Positions 10,601 through 20,489 of a stretch of 63,987 nucleotides of DNA are shown piece by piece (within the stretch, counting starts at the first letter, position 1; each line of letters begins with the position of its first letter). The position numbers and the translations under genes are program-made. Below the pieces are notes generated by a model. The model worked only from the letters and a program-made list of their open reading frames with translations, ran no database searches and was not told the DNA's origin. This DNA comes from Sumerlaeia bacterium (GTDB lineage Bacteria > Sumerlaeota > Sumerlaeia > SLMS01 > JAHLLQ01): assembly GCA_040219255.1 (NCBI GenBank), contig JAVJSW010000054.1:1-63987 (forward strand). Reading direction: 5' to 3'.

Positions 10601-12656
10601 TGTAGAGCGCCGTGACCGATCCCTGGATCGGCCGGTCCGGTTCGAAGGCCCAGACATTGTCGCGGGCTTTCCAGAACTCGGGCGTCCGAACCAGCCACCC
10701 CGGCTGCGGCGCGAACAGGAACGGATCGCGGAAATCGCGGCTGGTCAGGTACATGTCGGCGATGTGCAGCGGCGTCGCCCCTTCATTGCGCAGCGTCACC
10801 CGCAAGGGGTGCTCGAACGGCACGCCCACGCGGCCGAAATCCACCACGCGGTCGCCGCTGTCGCCATGGCTATCGCTGACCAGAACCGGCGCATAGGCCC
10901 GTTCGATGCGCAGCGTGACGGGGACAACCATTTCCGGGTTCCCAGGGGAAAGCTCTGTAACCCGCACCCGGGCCACAAACTCCTCCATATCCTCCTCGCC
11001 AAGCCGCAGCGCCGCCGCCTGCTCGTTCAGGCAAAGCTGAGCGGTCACCGTTTGCCCCGGTCCCACGACCCCGTTGTCGGGCACCAGCGACAGCCAAGGC
11101 GTCTCGGTCGACAGCGCGAAGCCCGTATCGGTATCTCTCGGGTTGAAGAACGAGAGCGACGAGCATTCGGCCGGAGGCAGGATCGCCTCCTGCATTTCGA
11201 AGTCGAAGCGTAGCGGACTGGGGATCAGCGGACCCGGCCGGAAATTCACGATCGTGGCGAGCTGCTCCGCCGTCAGCCCCGTCAGCGAACGCCCGCCGAG
11301 GAACCGCAGCGTATTCAGATAATCGATGGTTTGGTCGCGGGACGCGGTTTCCTCCGTGGTGATGACAATGAATTGGAGGAAGGAGACGGTCTCGCCGGGG
11401 GGGATGGTGACATTGTAGGTATAATCCAGTTGGCCGTAATAATCATTCCAGGTAACCGAGCTGGGAAGTGGCGGGGCGCCATCACCGAAGACCCAGCCCA
11501 AACGCGGGAGCGGTGCGTTACCAGAAGGTTTCTCGGCCAGGACCCATGCGTCGCTACTGGTGGCTCGACTTTCTGCACGACTCGTGAAAAGCGGCCCCCA
11601 GTTGTAGTCGATCAGAAGATTGGAAATCGAGTGGCTGTGGGTCCTTTCTTCTTCTGTCAGATTTGTGATCGAGTCCAGGACCCGGAGGTACGGAATTGGG
11701 CCCGCCGACCCGTAGAGGCTGCGCTGACGAATGAAGGTTTCGTTGCCGGCGTAGGTTTCAAAAGCTTCCAAATCGAAATGGGAGTCGTCGAAGGGAGGGA
11801 GTTCGTGAACTATCCGGGTACCACGGTTAAAGCCGTACAGACCTTGTGACAGTACGTTGCCAGGACCGTTCCTGACCTGGCCTGTAGAATCCAGTTTCAG
11901 CCCTGGGATGATCGCATCCGGCAAGGCCGTATCGGCCAACGGCCTGCTTGCAGGCGTGCGGAAGGCGAATACCGGTTCCCCATCGAACAACAGCGTGGTT
12001 GAATTTCCGTCGGTATCCGTTGCGATGGCGGAAAACTCGAGTAGAGTATCGAGTGGGGAGTCCGCTGGAAGATAGACATTGATATAATTGAAAGCAGTGG
12101 AGTTCCCTGAAGATACGGTATTTCCGGAAGCGGGGTTCTGTATTCTCCAATCCAGATTCGAACGTTCACTGCACAGGACGTCGATCCTGCCCCGGACATT
12201 GTCGTAGGGAACGTAAGAAAAATCCACCACAACCGGCTCCTCGCAATCGACCGTCACCGAGGCCCGCACATGGTAGGGCTCTACCACGGAATGAAGCCGA
12301 TAGTGGACGAAGATGAAGGTCCGCTCGCCTTCGATGAGGAAGAGCGTGTCCTCGTCCTCCAGCTCCGCATCACGGGTCACGGTGAAGGTCCGGCGGAAAA
12401 CGCCGGCCTCCGCTTCTTCGTCCCGCGGGATCCGCAAGTCCCGGGGCACGAAGCGCTCGGCATCGCTGAGCAGTCGCACCGTCACGGTGGTCGCTTCCAG
12501 CAACTCGCGGTCATTGACAGTTACCGTCAACTCTTCGCTGCAATTCAGCGAGGTGGGGCTGATGCTGACGGAATTCACCGTGGTCTGAGCGAAGACCGCC
12601 CCCCTCATCAGCAAAACCAGAGAAACAAATAGAAAAACCCGCGCAAACGCCGTCAT
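7671..12656 (-). pseudogene. Large (~1660 codon) secreted multidomain surface protein interrupted by a single in-frame TAA at 9699-9701
   Basis: ORFs 9699..12974 and 7671..9647 are in the same frame: ...LPGLDET*RLQIGFNELKVTANRNALRRSLD...; signal peptide MTAFARVFL...AVFA; Ig-like (NxG) domains; duplicated C-terminal domain. Confidence 0.75.
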
Positions 12657-12783
12657 GAGCACAACTCCCGTGAGGTGGAAAAGCGGATTGAGCCAATCCA
12701 AAATCCACGAATAAACTAACTCACGAAAGCTCCTCCCGATCGCCCTGATCGTCAACTCATTCTCGTGGGCGGCGCCTCCGGCT

Positions 12784-13458
12784 TCACCGATTCCCCGGCG
12801 CCCCCCCCCGCCCGATTCCGCCCGCTGGCGGCGGAGGCAGCACGGCCGGTTTGGCGGGGGGCCAGGAGCCCGGGGCGGGGGCGGAGGGGGCGCCGCCGCC
12901 GTAGGCCGGGGTGCCGTAGGGCGTGCGGGGATTCTGCTCCCCGGGGCCTTTCGCCATATTGCCCCAGCGATCATCCGTCCGAGGGAAAATCATGGCTTTG
13001 AGCAGTTCGAAGAACACCAGCGACTCTTTCTGCTGAGTGCCGGTGACGTCGAAATAGAAGTCCTTCCAATAGAACCAATCGGGCAGGTAGCTGGAGTTGT
13101 CGAATTCGCCTTCGCCGATCCAGCGAAACAGATGGATGACATCCGCGTTCTGGAGCTTGAGCCCCACCGAATAGCTGTCGATCGCGTCGCCCGCGCCCCA
13201 GCCGGCCATGGGGCGCGCATCCTTGTAGGTGTACATGATTTCGTTGATGTCGTGGAATGGGACGACCCACTTATGGGGGATCAGCCAGAGGTCCTGATGG
13301 CGCACCGTGACGGTTCTGCTGTGAGGATCGGCCACCATGGATTTCCAGGCCAGTCCCCCCGTCATCATGGCAAAGGGCAACGAGGTACGGGCGCACAGGC
13401 AATGATTCTCCTTCCAGACTTTAGGTCCGACGGAGAACAAGGATAAGGCGAGGGCCAT
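12784..13458 (-). CDS. Hypothetical protein with Pro/Gly-rich C-terminus
   Basis: ATG preceded by AGGAAG; globular aromatic-rich core. Confidence 0.65.
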   Translation of the reverse strand: MALALSLFSVGPKVWKENHCLCARTSLPFAMMTGGLAWKSMVADPHSRTVTVRHQDLWLIPHKWVVPFHDINEIMYTYKDARPMAGWGAGDAIDSYSVGLKLQNADVIHLFRWIGEGEFDNSSYLPDWFYWKDFYFDVTGTQQKESLVFFELLKAMIFPRTDDRWGNMAKGPGEQNPRTPYGTPAYGGGAPSAPAPGSWPPAKPAVLPPPPAGGIGRGGAPGNR

Positions 13459-13677
13459 GGTCCACTTCCTTTTCTGGGGCTCATGCTTTCCTATCGTCCA
13501 AGGGGTGCAGGTATTCAACCAAAAGGCTCGCGCCCGGCAGTTCGACCCTCCGCTTTGGGTTGGCGAAGCCGGGGGCCGTGCGGTACAAGACGGGACTTCC
13601 CGCTGGCCGGGCGCGGTTTCCGCGAACCGGCGGCCCATTCTGCCGCGCACTGTCTTCCGCGCACCGTTTGCTCCTCC

Positions 13678-14328
13678 ATGTCCCCTTCACCGGCCGCCGC
13701 CGTTTTCATCACCGCTTCCATGGAGGACGTGCGCGTCACCGAGGACTGGCGCGCGAACCGGCTCCTCGAGGTCATCTTCCACGGCCTGCCGGAGAGCCGC
13801 GACAGCCATCGCATCGTTCACACTGGGGCCTTCCTGCCCGATGTTTTCTGCCCCGGAACGGCCAATCGCTGGATCGTCTCTCAAGCCGTCCAGGAAGCCC
13901 TCGCGCCGTTCCTGGACCCGGGCGCGTTCCAGCCCGCGGCCTTCGCCAAGCTCTTCGATCACCCCCTGCCCGAGCCCGACGGCTACGATGGCTATGACGA
14001 CCCCTACGGCTTGGTGGATGCCATGCCGGACGTGCCGCGCTTTCACGAGGAAATCGGAGCTTTCTGGCGCCTCGCGCTGCCCCGGGCGGACGATCTGGTG
14101 CCCGCCTTCGACGCCCTGCCGATGGCCGACAAGGCCCGCATCTACTACGACAGCGCGAGCTACCGGCGCTTCCTCGCGGAAAACCTGGACGCCACGCTCC
14201 TGGCCGATCACCCGGCCATCGAGGCCTACGGCAATCTCCTCGTGCGCGGCGATGTCTATGAAGCCCTGCTGCCCTTCCTCAACCCCCGCTTCTTCTCCAT
14301 CCACGAGGCCGGACCGGTGCGGCGCTGA
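13678..14328 (+). CDS. Hypothetical protein (weakly Imm11/DUF1629-like)
   Basis: GC3-rich codon usage; WIVSQAVQEAL and LLVRGDVYEAL segments; family call weak. Confidence 0.6.
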   Translation: MSPSPAAAVFITASMEDVRVTEDWRANRLLEVIFHGLPESRDSHRIVHTGAFLPDVFCPGTANRWIVSQAVQEALAPFLDPGAFQPAAFAKLFDHPLPEPDGYDGYDDPYGLVDAMPDVPRFHEEIGAFWRLALPRADDLVPAFDALPMADKARIYYDSASYRRFLAENLDATLLADHPAIEAYGNLLVRGDVYEALLPFLNPRFFSIHEAGPVRR

Positions 14329-14348
14329 GAGCGCCCCGCGGCTCAGCG

Positions 14349-14813
14349 TTACGAGCGGGGCTCCAGCTCCCGCTTCAGGTACTCGCTGCCGTATTCACAC
14401 ATGCGCCGGAAATTGTCACCGATCAGGGATTCGGGCGCCAGCCGGCCCAGCAACCCGCCCACCCGGCCGTACTCGATCGTGTCGATCACCTCGGTGGCGG
14501 CGCCCTCGTCCAGCGGGCGGAAATCGTGGCGGTGCACGAATTGGGTCAGGGGGCCCTTGATCTGCTCATCCACGAAGCAGCGCATCGGCTCCCAAGTGGT
14601 GATCTCGGCGTCCCATTTGATTTCAAAGGGCGCCCCGGCGGGATGCAGACCGAAGCGAATCCGCGCCCCCAACCGCAGGGGCGAGTCGGCCGTCACCACC
14701 CGCAGCCGGTAATTCGCTGGTGTCATCGCCACCAACGTCCGTAGATCGGTGTAGAAGGGCCAGACCTTCTCGACGGGCGCGCGGACGATGGTGCGATGGG
14801 TGTAAACAGGCAT
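14349..14813 (-). CDS. SRPBCC (START-like) family protein
   Basis: VRAPVEKVW, FVDEQIKGP, FVHRHDF, TEVIDTIEY. Confidence 0.85.
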   Translation of the reverse strand: MPVYTHRTIVRAPVEKVWPFYTDLRTLVAMTPANYRLRVVTADSPLRLGARIRFGLHPAGAPFEIKWDAEITTWEPMRCFVDEQIKGPLTQFVHRHDFRPLDEGAATEVIDTIEYGRVGGLLGRLAPESLIGDNFRRMCEYGSEYLKRELEPRS

Positions 14814-15332
14814 GAAGACGAAAAGGCGTGAGGTAGGAATTTCCGGCGCGCCAAGCAATGCGAGGCCGGGCGGTTGTGCTGCACGATTCGGAGCCTCCCG
14901 GGCAACGCCGTTTCTGACCCGAAGGCGAAAAGAGCGCTAAAGCCCCTCCGCGCGGCGCTGAACGCCAAACCACGCAGGCCGTGACGCGAACCGCTTGCCG
15001 TCCGATTTTTCCCCGCACAAAAGAAAAATGCTCCGGGCGCAACTTGGGTGTTGAAAAATCGGGGGTTCCGTTGGACAGTTTCAACCGGCGACAGCTTCCG
15101 GGTGCGGCCCCGGAATTGGCGACGACAACTGGCGCGGTCCACCTCCCTTCCTCCCCCTTCCCTCCTGTTCCCGGTCCCTCCTTTCCCGCAAACGCGGTCT
15201 GTGTTTTTTTTTCTTGCCAGTGTGTTTCCCGGCGCGGTTCCCATGGGGACTGAGTCGGCCCAGGAACCCTTTTCCCGAGGGCTCTGTCCAATCCGCCGCA
15301 CTCGATTTCGGCATGACTGGGGACAGAGACCG

Positions 15333-16832
15333 TTGCTTACCACACTCGCCCGCCGATCGCTCTTCTCTCTCGCCCTGGGACTCTTCCTGGCGGCGGCCGA
15401 TTTCGCGGCCGCTCTCACTCCCGAGGAATTCGCCCCGCCGCCGGAACGGACTTCCGCATCGGAGTCCCCGCCGGACCTCGATCCTTGGCGCGCCGCCGCC
15501 ACCCAGGCCCTCCGGTGGTCCCGCGCCCTCCGCCAGGACGCCGCCTCCACGGCCACCCTCGCCGCCATCACCGCCGCTTTCGACAACGAATCCTCCCCCG
15601 CGCTCGTCCTCGCCGCCGCCATCGCATCGCGGGAAACGGCCACCACACCCACATTGGGCTGGGAAATCCAGCGCCCCCGCGTCACCCGCGCCAGCGCCAG
15701 TCTCGAGGACCTCCTCCTCACCCATCGCTCCGGCGACTATGCCCCCGCCCTGCGCGCCCACGCCGTGTTCTGGGGCACCGGCCTCGACAGCAGAAGGGCC
15801 CAGAACCTCGCCCTGTTGCCTGCCCGCTTGCTCGAAACGCTCGAGCAAAACGACTCCCTCCACGACTCCGAACCACTCACCCTTCTTCGTGCAGGCCTCT
15901 CCGAAGATCCAGATCGCTTCCTGCCCCCGCTGCTTCAGCGCTTCGCCGAACTCGACCGCTCAGGTCTGGGAACGGAACCGCTCGGCCGAACCCTCGCCAC
16001 CGAAATCCTGTCCACTCTCAACAGCCGCCGCGACGCACCAGCCCTCGCCCGCCTCGCGCCCTCGGCCCAGGACGCCGCCTGCGACCTCGCCGGGCTCTTC
16101 GCCGCCCAGGGCCAGGCCTCCCCCGCCGAAATCCTCGCCCCCAGCGCCTGGGACTTCATGGCCCAGGCCGATCCCTTCCCTGTGCGAGCCGTTCGCCGCG
16201 TCGTCTTCGAAGCGCACACTTCGCCCCAGGACCGTCATCGCGCCGTCGTCCTCTGGCTCCTTCGCGACCCTTCCTCCCTAGCCCAACCCACCGGCAGCAA
16301 CGCGGTCGCCCACGCCGCCGCCGATTGCCATTGGCGCAACAATCTGGTGGGCCTGCTGATTTCCGGCCGCGACGATATCCATCCCACCACCCGCACTCTC
16401 GAACTTCTCGCCGGCCAGGCGGACAACGCCCGCGCCGTGCCCCTCGAACGCTATTCCGACCTGCGCGACGTCCTCGTCCAATCCGCTCGTGAACGCCTTC
16501 GCGCCTCCTACGCCTCGCGCGATCAGTGCGGCCTTGTCGAATTCCTCCTCTCCGCCGGCGACAGCAGCCTGCGCGAAGATCTGTCCACCTACGCCCGTGG
16601 CGCCGACGCGGAAGCCGAATACCCCCAATGGGTGCGCGACGCCCTCAAGGCCGACCCGCCACTCGCCCCCGCCTACGCCGCCTTCGATCTCGGTGTGCGC
16701 CTGTCCGACCGCCAGTTGGTCCACCGCAGCGCCACCCTCCTGAGCGAACGCGACCCCGCCTTCGACCTCGCCAACTATCCCGAAGCCGCCGCCTTTCTGA
16801 CCGACCTGCCGACCTCGCGTGCCATCGATTGA
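15333..16832 (+). CDS. Hypothetical exported alpha-helical protein (possible twin-arginine signal)
   Basis: TTG start then LARRSLFSLALGLFLAAADFAAA; 3' end overlaps the lycopene cyclase start; start uncertain (ATG 15243 alternative). Confidence 0.65.
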   Translation: MLTTLARRSLFSLALGLFLAAADFAAALTPEEFAPPPERTSASESPPDLDPWRAAATQALRWSRALRQDAASTATLAAITAAFDNESSPALVLAAAIASRETATTPTLGWEIQRPRVTRASASLEDLLLTHRSGDYAPALRAHAVFWGTGLDSRRAQNLALLPARLLETLEQNDSLHDSEPLTLLRAGLSEDPDRFLPPLLQRFAELDRSGLGTEPLGRTLATEILSTLNSRRDAPALARLAPSAQDAACDLAGLFAAQGQASPAEILAPSAWDFMAQADPFPVRAVRRVVFEAHTSPQDRHRAVVLWLLRDPSSLAQPTGSNAVAHAAADCHWRNNLVGLLISGRDDIHPTTRTLELLAGQADNARAVPLERYSDLRDVLVQSARERLRASYASRDQCGLVEFLLSAGDSSLREDLSTYARGADAEAEYPQWVRDALKADPPLAPAYAAFDLGVRLSDRQLVHRSATLLSERDPAFDLANYPEAAAFLTDLPTSRAID

Positions 16833-18024
16833 CGCCGACATCCTGATCGCCGGCGCCGGATGCGCGGGCCTCAGCCTCGCCTGTGCCCTGGTCCGCAGCG
16901 CCTCGCACCGCCGCCGCATGATCGTCGTGGACCCGCGCACCGATTTCCCGCGCGATCGCACCTGGTGCTTCTGGGACATCGAAAACCTGCCCGCCCTGAA
17001 TCTCGCAACCTACCGCTGGCCCCAATGGCGCGTCACCACCCCCCATGGCGAAACCACCCGCGGCGGCACCTACCGCTATTGCTTTCTCCCTTCGGATCGC
17101 TTCTACGATCAGGCCCTCGCCCTCCTCAAGAAGCACCCGGAAGTCCACCTCGCCCTCGGCCGCTCCGTTACCGAACTCCTCGACGAAAGCGATCACGCGG
17201 CGGCCGTGCTGGACAACGGCGAGATCATCCGCGCCCGCGCCGCCTTCGACAGCCGCCCCCGCCTGCCCGCCGCCCCGCCCGGGCCCGCCGATACGGACTG
17301 GCGCCAGCACTTCGCCGGCCTCACGATCTCCACCCGCGAAGCGGTCTTCGACCCACGCACCGCCCTTCTGATGGATTTCCGCACGCGCCAGGACCACGGC
17401 CTGCACTTCATCTACCTGCTGCCCTTCTCCGTCACCGAAGCCCTCGTCGAATCGACCGTTTTTTCTTCCGAAATCCTGCCCGATGAATTCTACGAGGACG
17501 CCGTCCGCACCTATTTGGCCGAGCATGTCGGCGTGCACGATTTCGCTGTCTCCCATCGCGAGCGCGGTGTGCTGCCGATGACGACGCTTCCATTCGATCC
17601 GGACCCATCCCCCCGGGTGCGGCGCATCGGCATCGCCGGCGGCGCGGCCAAACCATCGAGCGGCTACGCCTTTCTGGCGATCCAGCGCCAAGCCGCCGCC
17701 TGGGCCAAAGCCCTCGCCGAATGGGACGAAGCCGCGCCCCCGCCCGCCAGCCCCCCGGCCCGCCCCTTGCCGACCCGCTGGCAAGACCGCGTCTTTCTGG
17801 CCGAGATGGCCCGCGCGCCAGAGGCTGCCCCGGAACTCTTCCGGCGCCTCTTCGAGCGCGCCCCCGCCGACGCCCTTTGCCGGTTCCTCTCGGAAGCCCC
17901 CCACCCCCTCGATCACCTCCGCGTCATGCGGTCCGTACCCTTGGCGCGCTTTCTGTTACAGGGCGGAAAACAAGCAGGGGCCATGGCTCGTCCGCGGCCG
18001 GAATCGCCCGTCCCGGAACGGTAG
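16819..18024 (+). CDS. Lycopene cyclase family FAD-dependent protein
   Basis: DILIAGAGCAGLSLA Rossmann motif, DRTWCFW, LMDFR, FIYLLP, EALVE, GGAAKPSSGYAF. Confidence 0.85.
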   Translation: MPSIDADILIAGAGCAGLSLACALVRSASHRRRMIVVDPRTDFPRDRTWCFWDIENLPALNLATYRWPQWRVTTPHGETTRGGTYRYCFLPSDRFYDQALALLKKHPEVHLALGRSVTELLDESDHAAAVLDNGEIIRARAAFDSRPRLPAAPPGPADTDWRQHFAGLTISTREAVFDPRTALLMDFRTRQDHGLHFIYLLPFSVTEALVESTVFSSEILPDEFYEDAVRTYLAEHVGVHDFAVSHRERGVLPMTTLPFDPDPSPRVRRIGIAGGAAKPSSGYAFLAIQRQAAAWAKALAEWDEAAPPPASPPARPLPTRWQDRVFLAEMARAPEAAPELFRRLFERAPADALCRFLSEAPHPLDHLRVMRSVPLARFLLQGGKQAGAMARPRPESPVPER

Positions 18025-18095
18025 GAATTCCCACCCCACAACCAGCCAACCTCCACGCTCCATTGTTGAGGATATTGACGTTGAAGCCTTTCCTG

Positions 18096-19022
18096 ATGCA
18101 CCGCCCGGAGACCTCAACCCACTCTCTGGCGACCGCCCGGACCTTGTCCCCCCGGGAAATGTTGGCTCGGCGCGCCGCCGAAATTGATCGCGCACTGGAC
18201 AAAGCGCTCCCATCCGAAACCGCCGAACCCCGCCGCCTGCATCAGGCCATGCGCTACGCCGCCCTCTCGCCCGGCAAGCGCCTCCGCCCCGCCCTCGTCC
18301 TTGCCACCGCCGAAGCCCTCGGCGGAGATACATCCCGCGCCATGCCCTGTGCCGTCGCCGTCGAACTGGTTCACGCCTTCAGCCTGATCCAGGATGACTT
18401 GCCCTGCATGGATGACGACGATCTGCGACGCGGCCGCCCGGCCACCCACATCGCCTTCGGCGAAGCCACCGCCCTCCTTGCGGCGGACGGACTCTACACG
18501 CTGGCCTTCGAAGTCATCGCCACGGCCCCCGGCCTCGCCGGCCAAGTCCCCGTCATGATCGCCACCCTGACCCGCGGGGTCGGCACGGCGGGCGTTCTCG
18601 GCGGCCAGGCGCTCGACATGCAAGGCGAACACTCCCCGCCGAACCTGGACCTCGTCCGCGAGATCCACCAGCGCAAGACCGCCGCCCTGGTGCGCGCGTG
18701 CTGCCGGCTTGGCGCCCTCGCCGCCAGCGCCAGCGAATCCGACCGCGAAGCCCTCGACGCCTACGCCCTCAACCTCGGTCTCGCCTTTCAAATCGCTGAT
18801 GACCTGCTGGACGAAACCGCCTCGGCCGAGGAAGCGGGCAAACGCACCCACAAGGACCGCGCCCGCCACAAGCAAACCTATCCCGCCGCCATCGGGGTCG
18901 ACGCCTCGCGCGCGGCCTGCCGCCAAGCTATCGCCGACGCCATCGCCGCCATCCGCGATCTCGACCGCCACGGCGAACTGCGCGGCCTGGCCGAGATGAT
19001 CTGTGGCCACACCGACGCCTAA
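18096..19022 (+). CDS. ispA: Polyprenyl (farnesyl/geranylgeranyl) diphosphate synthase, IspA/CrtE family
   Basis: GKRLRP, FARM DDLPCMDDDDLRRG, GGQALD, KT, SARM FQIADDLLD. Confidence 0.92.
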   Translation: MHRPETSTHSLATARTLSPREMLARRAAEIDRALDKALPSETAEPRRLHQAMRYAALSPGKRLRPALVLATAEALGGDTSRAMPCAVAVELVHAFSLIQDDLPCMDDDDLRRGRPATHIAFGEATALLAADGLYTLAFEVIATAPGLAGQVPVMIATLTRGVGTAGVLGGQALDMQGEHSPPNLDLVREIHQRKTAALVRACCRLGALAASASESDREALDAYALNLGLAFQIADDLLDETASAEEAGKRTHKDRARHKQTYPAAIGVDASRAACRQAIADAIAAIRDLDRHGELRGLAEMICGHTDA

Positions 19023-19296
19023 AATGGAACAAAGGCCTTCCCGGGTCGGGAAAGCCTTCGTTCACAATTGCTACTTTGGGTTAGTGGGGGATAGGTAAGG
19101 CTTGAAAAAGGCCCGTTGCCGAAATGTGGCGTCCCGAAATGTTTGAACAGAAGTTGGTGGAATTCGTCTTTTTTGTTACCTGACGGCGCCACTGAATCGG
19201 CTCGTCCCCACCCGGTCAAGGCCTTCCGGAGGCATGACGAATAACTAACGGTCCAAGATTTTCCCGTGATTGCAACAAGTTGCCTGAACTGAGCGA

Positions 19297-20235
19297 TTAA
19301 AGTTCGTCAGCAAACCTTTTACTCAATCTTCGGAACATCCAGATGCCCAAACCCAGCGTTCCCGCCGTCACCAGCACCGTGACACCGAGGCCGAGAAGCA
19401 GCGTGGTGTCGCTCACCTCCGGCGCCCCCCGGAACAGGCGCCCGTACAAAATCCGCCGGTACGCCAGCGTGATCGGCGTCATCGGATTGCACAGGAAAAT
19501 GTAGTACACGAACTCGAGCCCGCGGGCCTGCAATTCCTCGCGCGCGTGATTCGCCGGATAAATCGCCGGCGTCAGGTAAAACCACGCCGTCAGAACGATC
19601 TCGGCCAGCGACGATACATCCCGATAGTACACGTTCAGCGACGACACGATCAGCGCCACCCCCAGCAACAGCGCCGTCTGCAGCGCCACCAGCAGCGGCA
19701 GGAACGCGATCTCCCACCCCGGCAGCACCATCACCCCTAGCTTCTCGCCCCCGATCGACCCAAACAGCGCATAGCCCCCGATGAACACGCTGAGCACCAC
19801 CATCGCCAGAATGAAGTGCACCAGATGCCCGATCACCGTCGAGGCCGGGAAAACCTCCGTCGGCAACCACACCTTCTTGATCACGTTCGAGTTCGCCAGA
19901 ATCGCGTACAACGCCTCGGACACCACCCCCGTCACGAACATCCACGGCAGCAACGCTGTCAGCAAATGCAGCGAATAGGGCAGCATCGGGTGGCTGCTGG
20001 GAATCCGCGCGATCGTCGCGAACACCGCCCAGATCACCAGCAACAGCAGCAACGGCCGCCCAAACGACCACAGAAACCCCAGCGCCGACGACTTGTAACG
20101 GATCTTCAAATCCCGCTTCACCAGCGTCAGCACCAACTCGCGGCTGTGCCACAGCCGCACCAGGAGCGACCGATCCCCCTTCGTCTCGGGAATCGGGAGG
20201 GCGGAGGTGTGGTCGGTATCGGGGAGAGAGGTCAT
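19297..20235 (-). CDS. wzm: ABC-2 type polysaccharide export permease (Wzm-like)
   Basis: RDLKIRYKSSALGFLWS, YYRDV, FYLTPAIYP, NPMT, terminal FADEL. Confidence 0.88.
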   Translation of the reverse strand: MTSLPDTDHTSALPIPETKGDRSLLVRLWHSRELVLTLVKRDLKIRYKSSALGFLWSFGRPLLLLLVIWAVFATIARIPSSHPMLPYSLHLLTALLPWMFVTGVVSEALYAILANSNVIKKVWLPTEVFPASTVIGHLVHFILAMVVLSVFIGGYALFGSIGGEKLGVMVLPGWEIAFLPLLVALQTALLLGVALIVSSLNVYYRDVSSLAEIVLTAWFYLTPAIYPANHAREELQARGLEFVYYIFLCNPMTPITLAYRRILYGRLFRGAPEVSDTTLLLGLGVTVLVTAGTLGLGIWMFRRLSKRFADEL

Positions 20236-20248
20236 GGACGGAACGGCT

Positions 20249-20489
20249 TAACCACAGAGGGCACAGAGGTTTGAGGTTTCACAGGGGGTTTTGGCCGCGG
20301 ATGAATGCGGATGAATAGGATTCTTGCAGTGCGTAGCTGAAAGCGCCAAAAAGTCGTATCGTGGTCGTAAGTACATCTCAGCCAAGAATTGGCCGTTTCC
20401 TATCAACAAGATCCCATTCATCTGCATCCATCCGCGGCTGATTCTTAGAACCTCTGTGTAGCCTCTGTTCTCTGAGTCCTCTGTGGTTA
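20249..20489. repeat. Nested double inverted-repeat element (outer CACAGAGG arms, inner GGATGAAT arms)
   Basis: 20249-20290 pairs with 20449-20489; 20294-20325 pairs with 20408-20438. Confidence 0.85.

Noticed and set aside
15085-15140. Cobalamin riboswitch-like hairpin TCCGGGTGCGGCCCCGGA
   Set aside because: Lacks the upstream GGGAA and downstream B12-box; the adjacent gene is not B12-related
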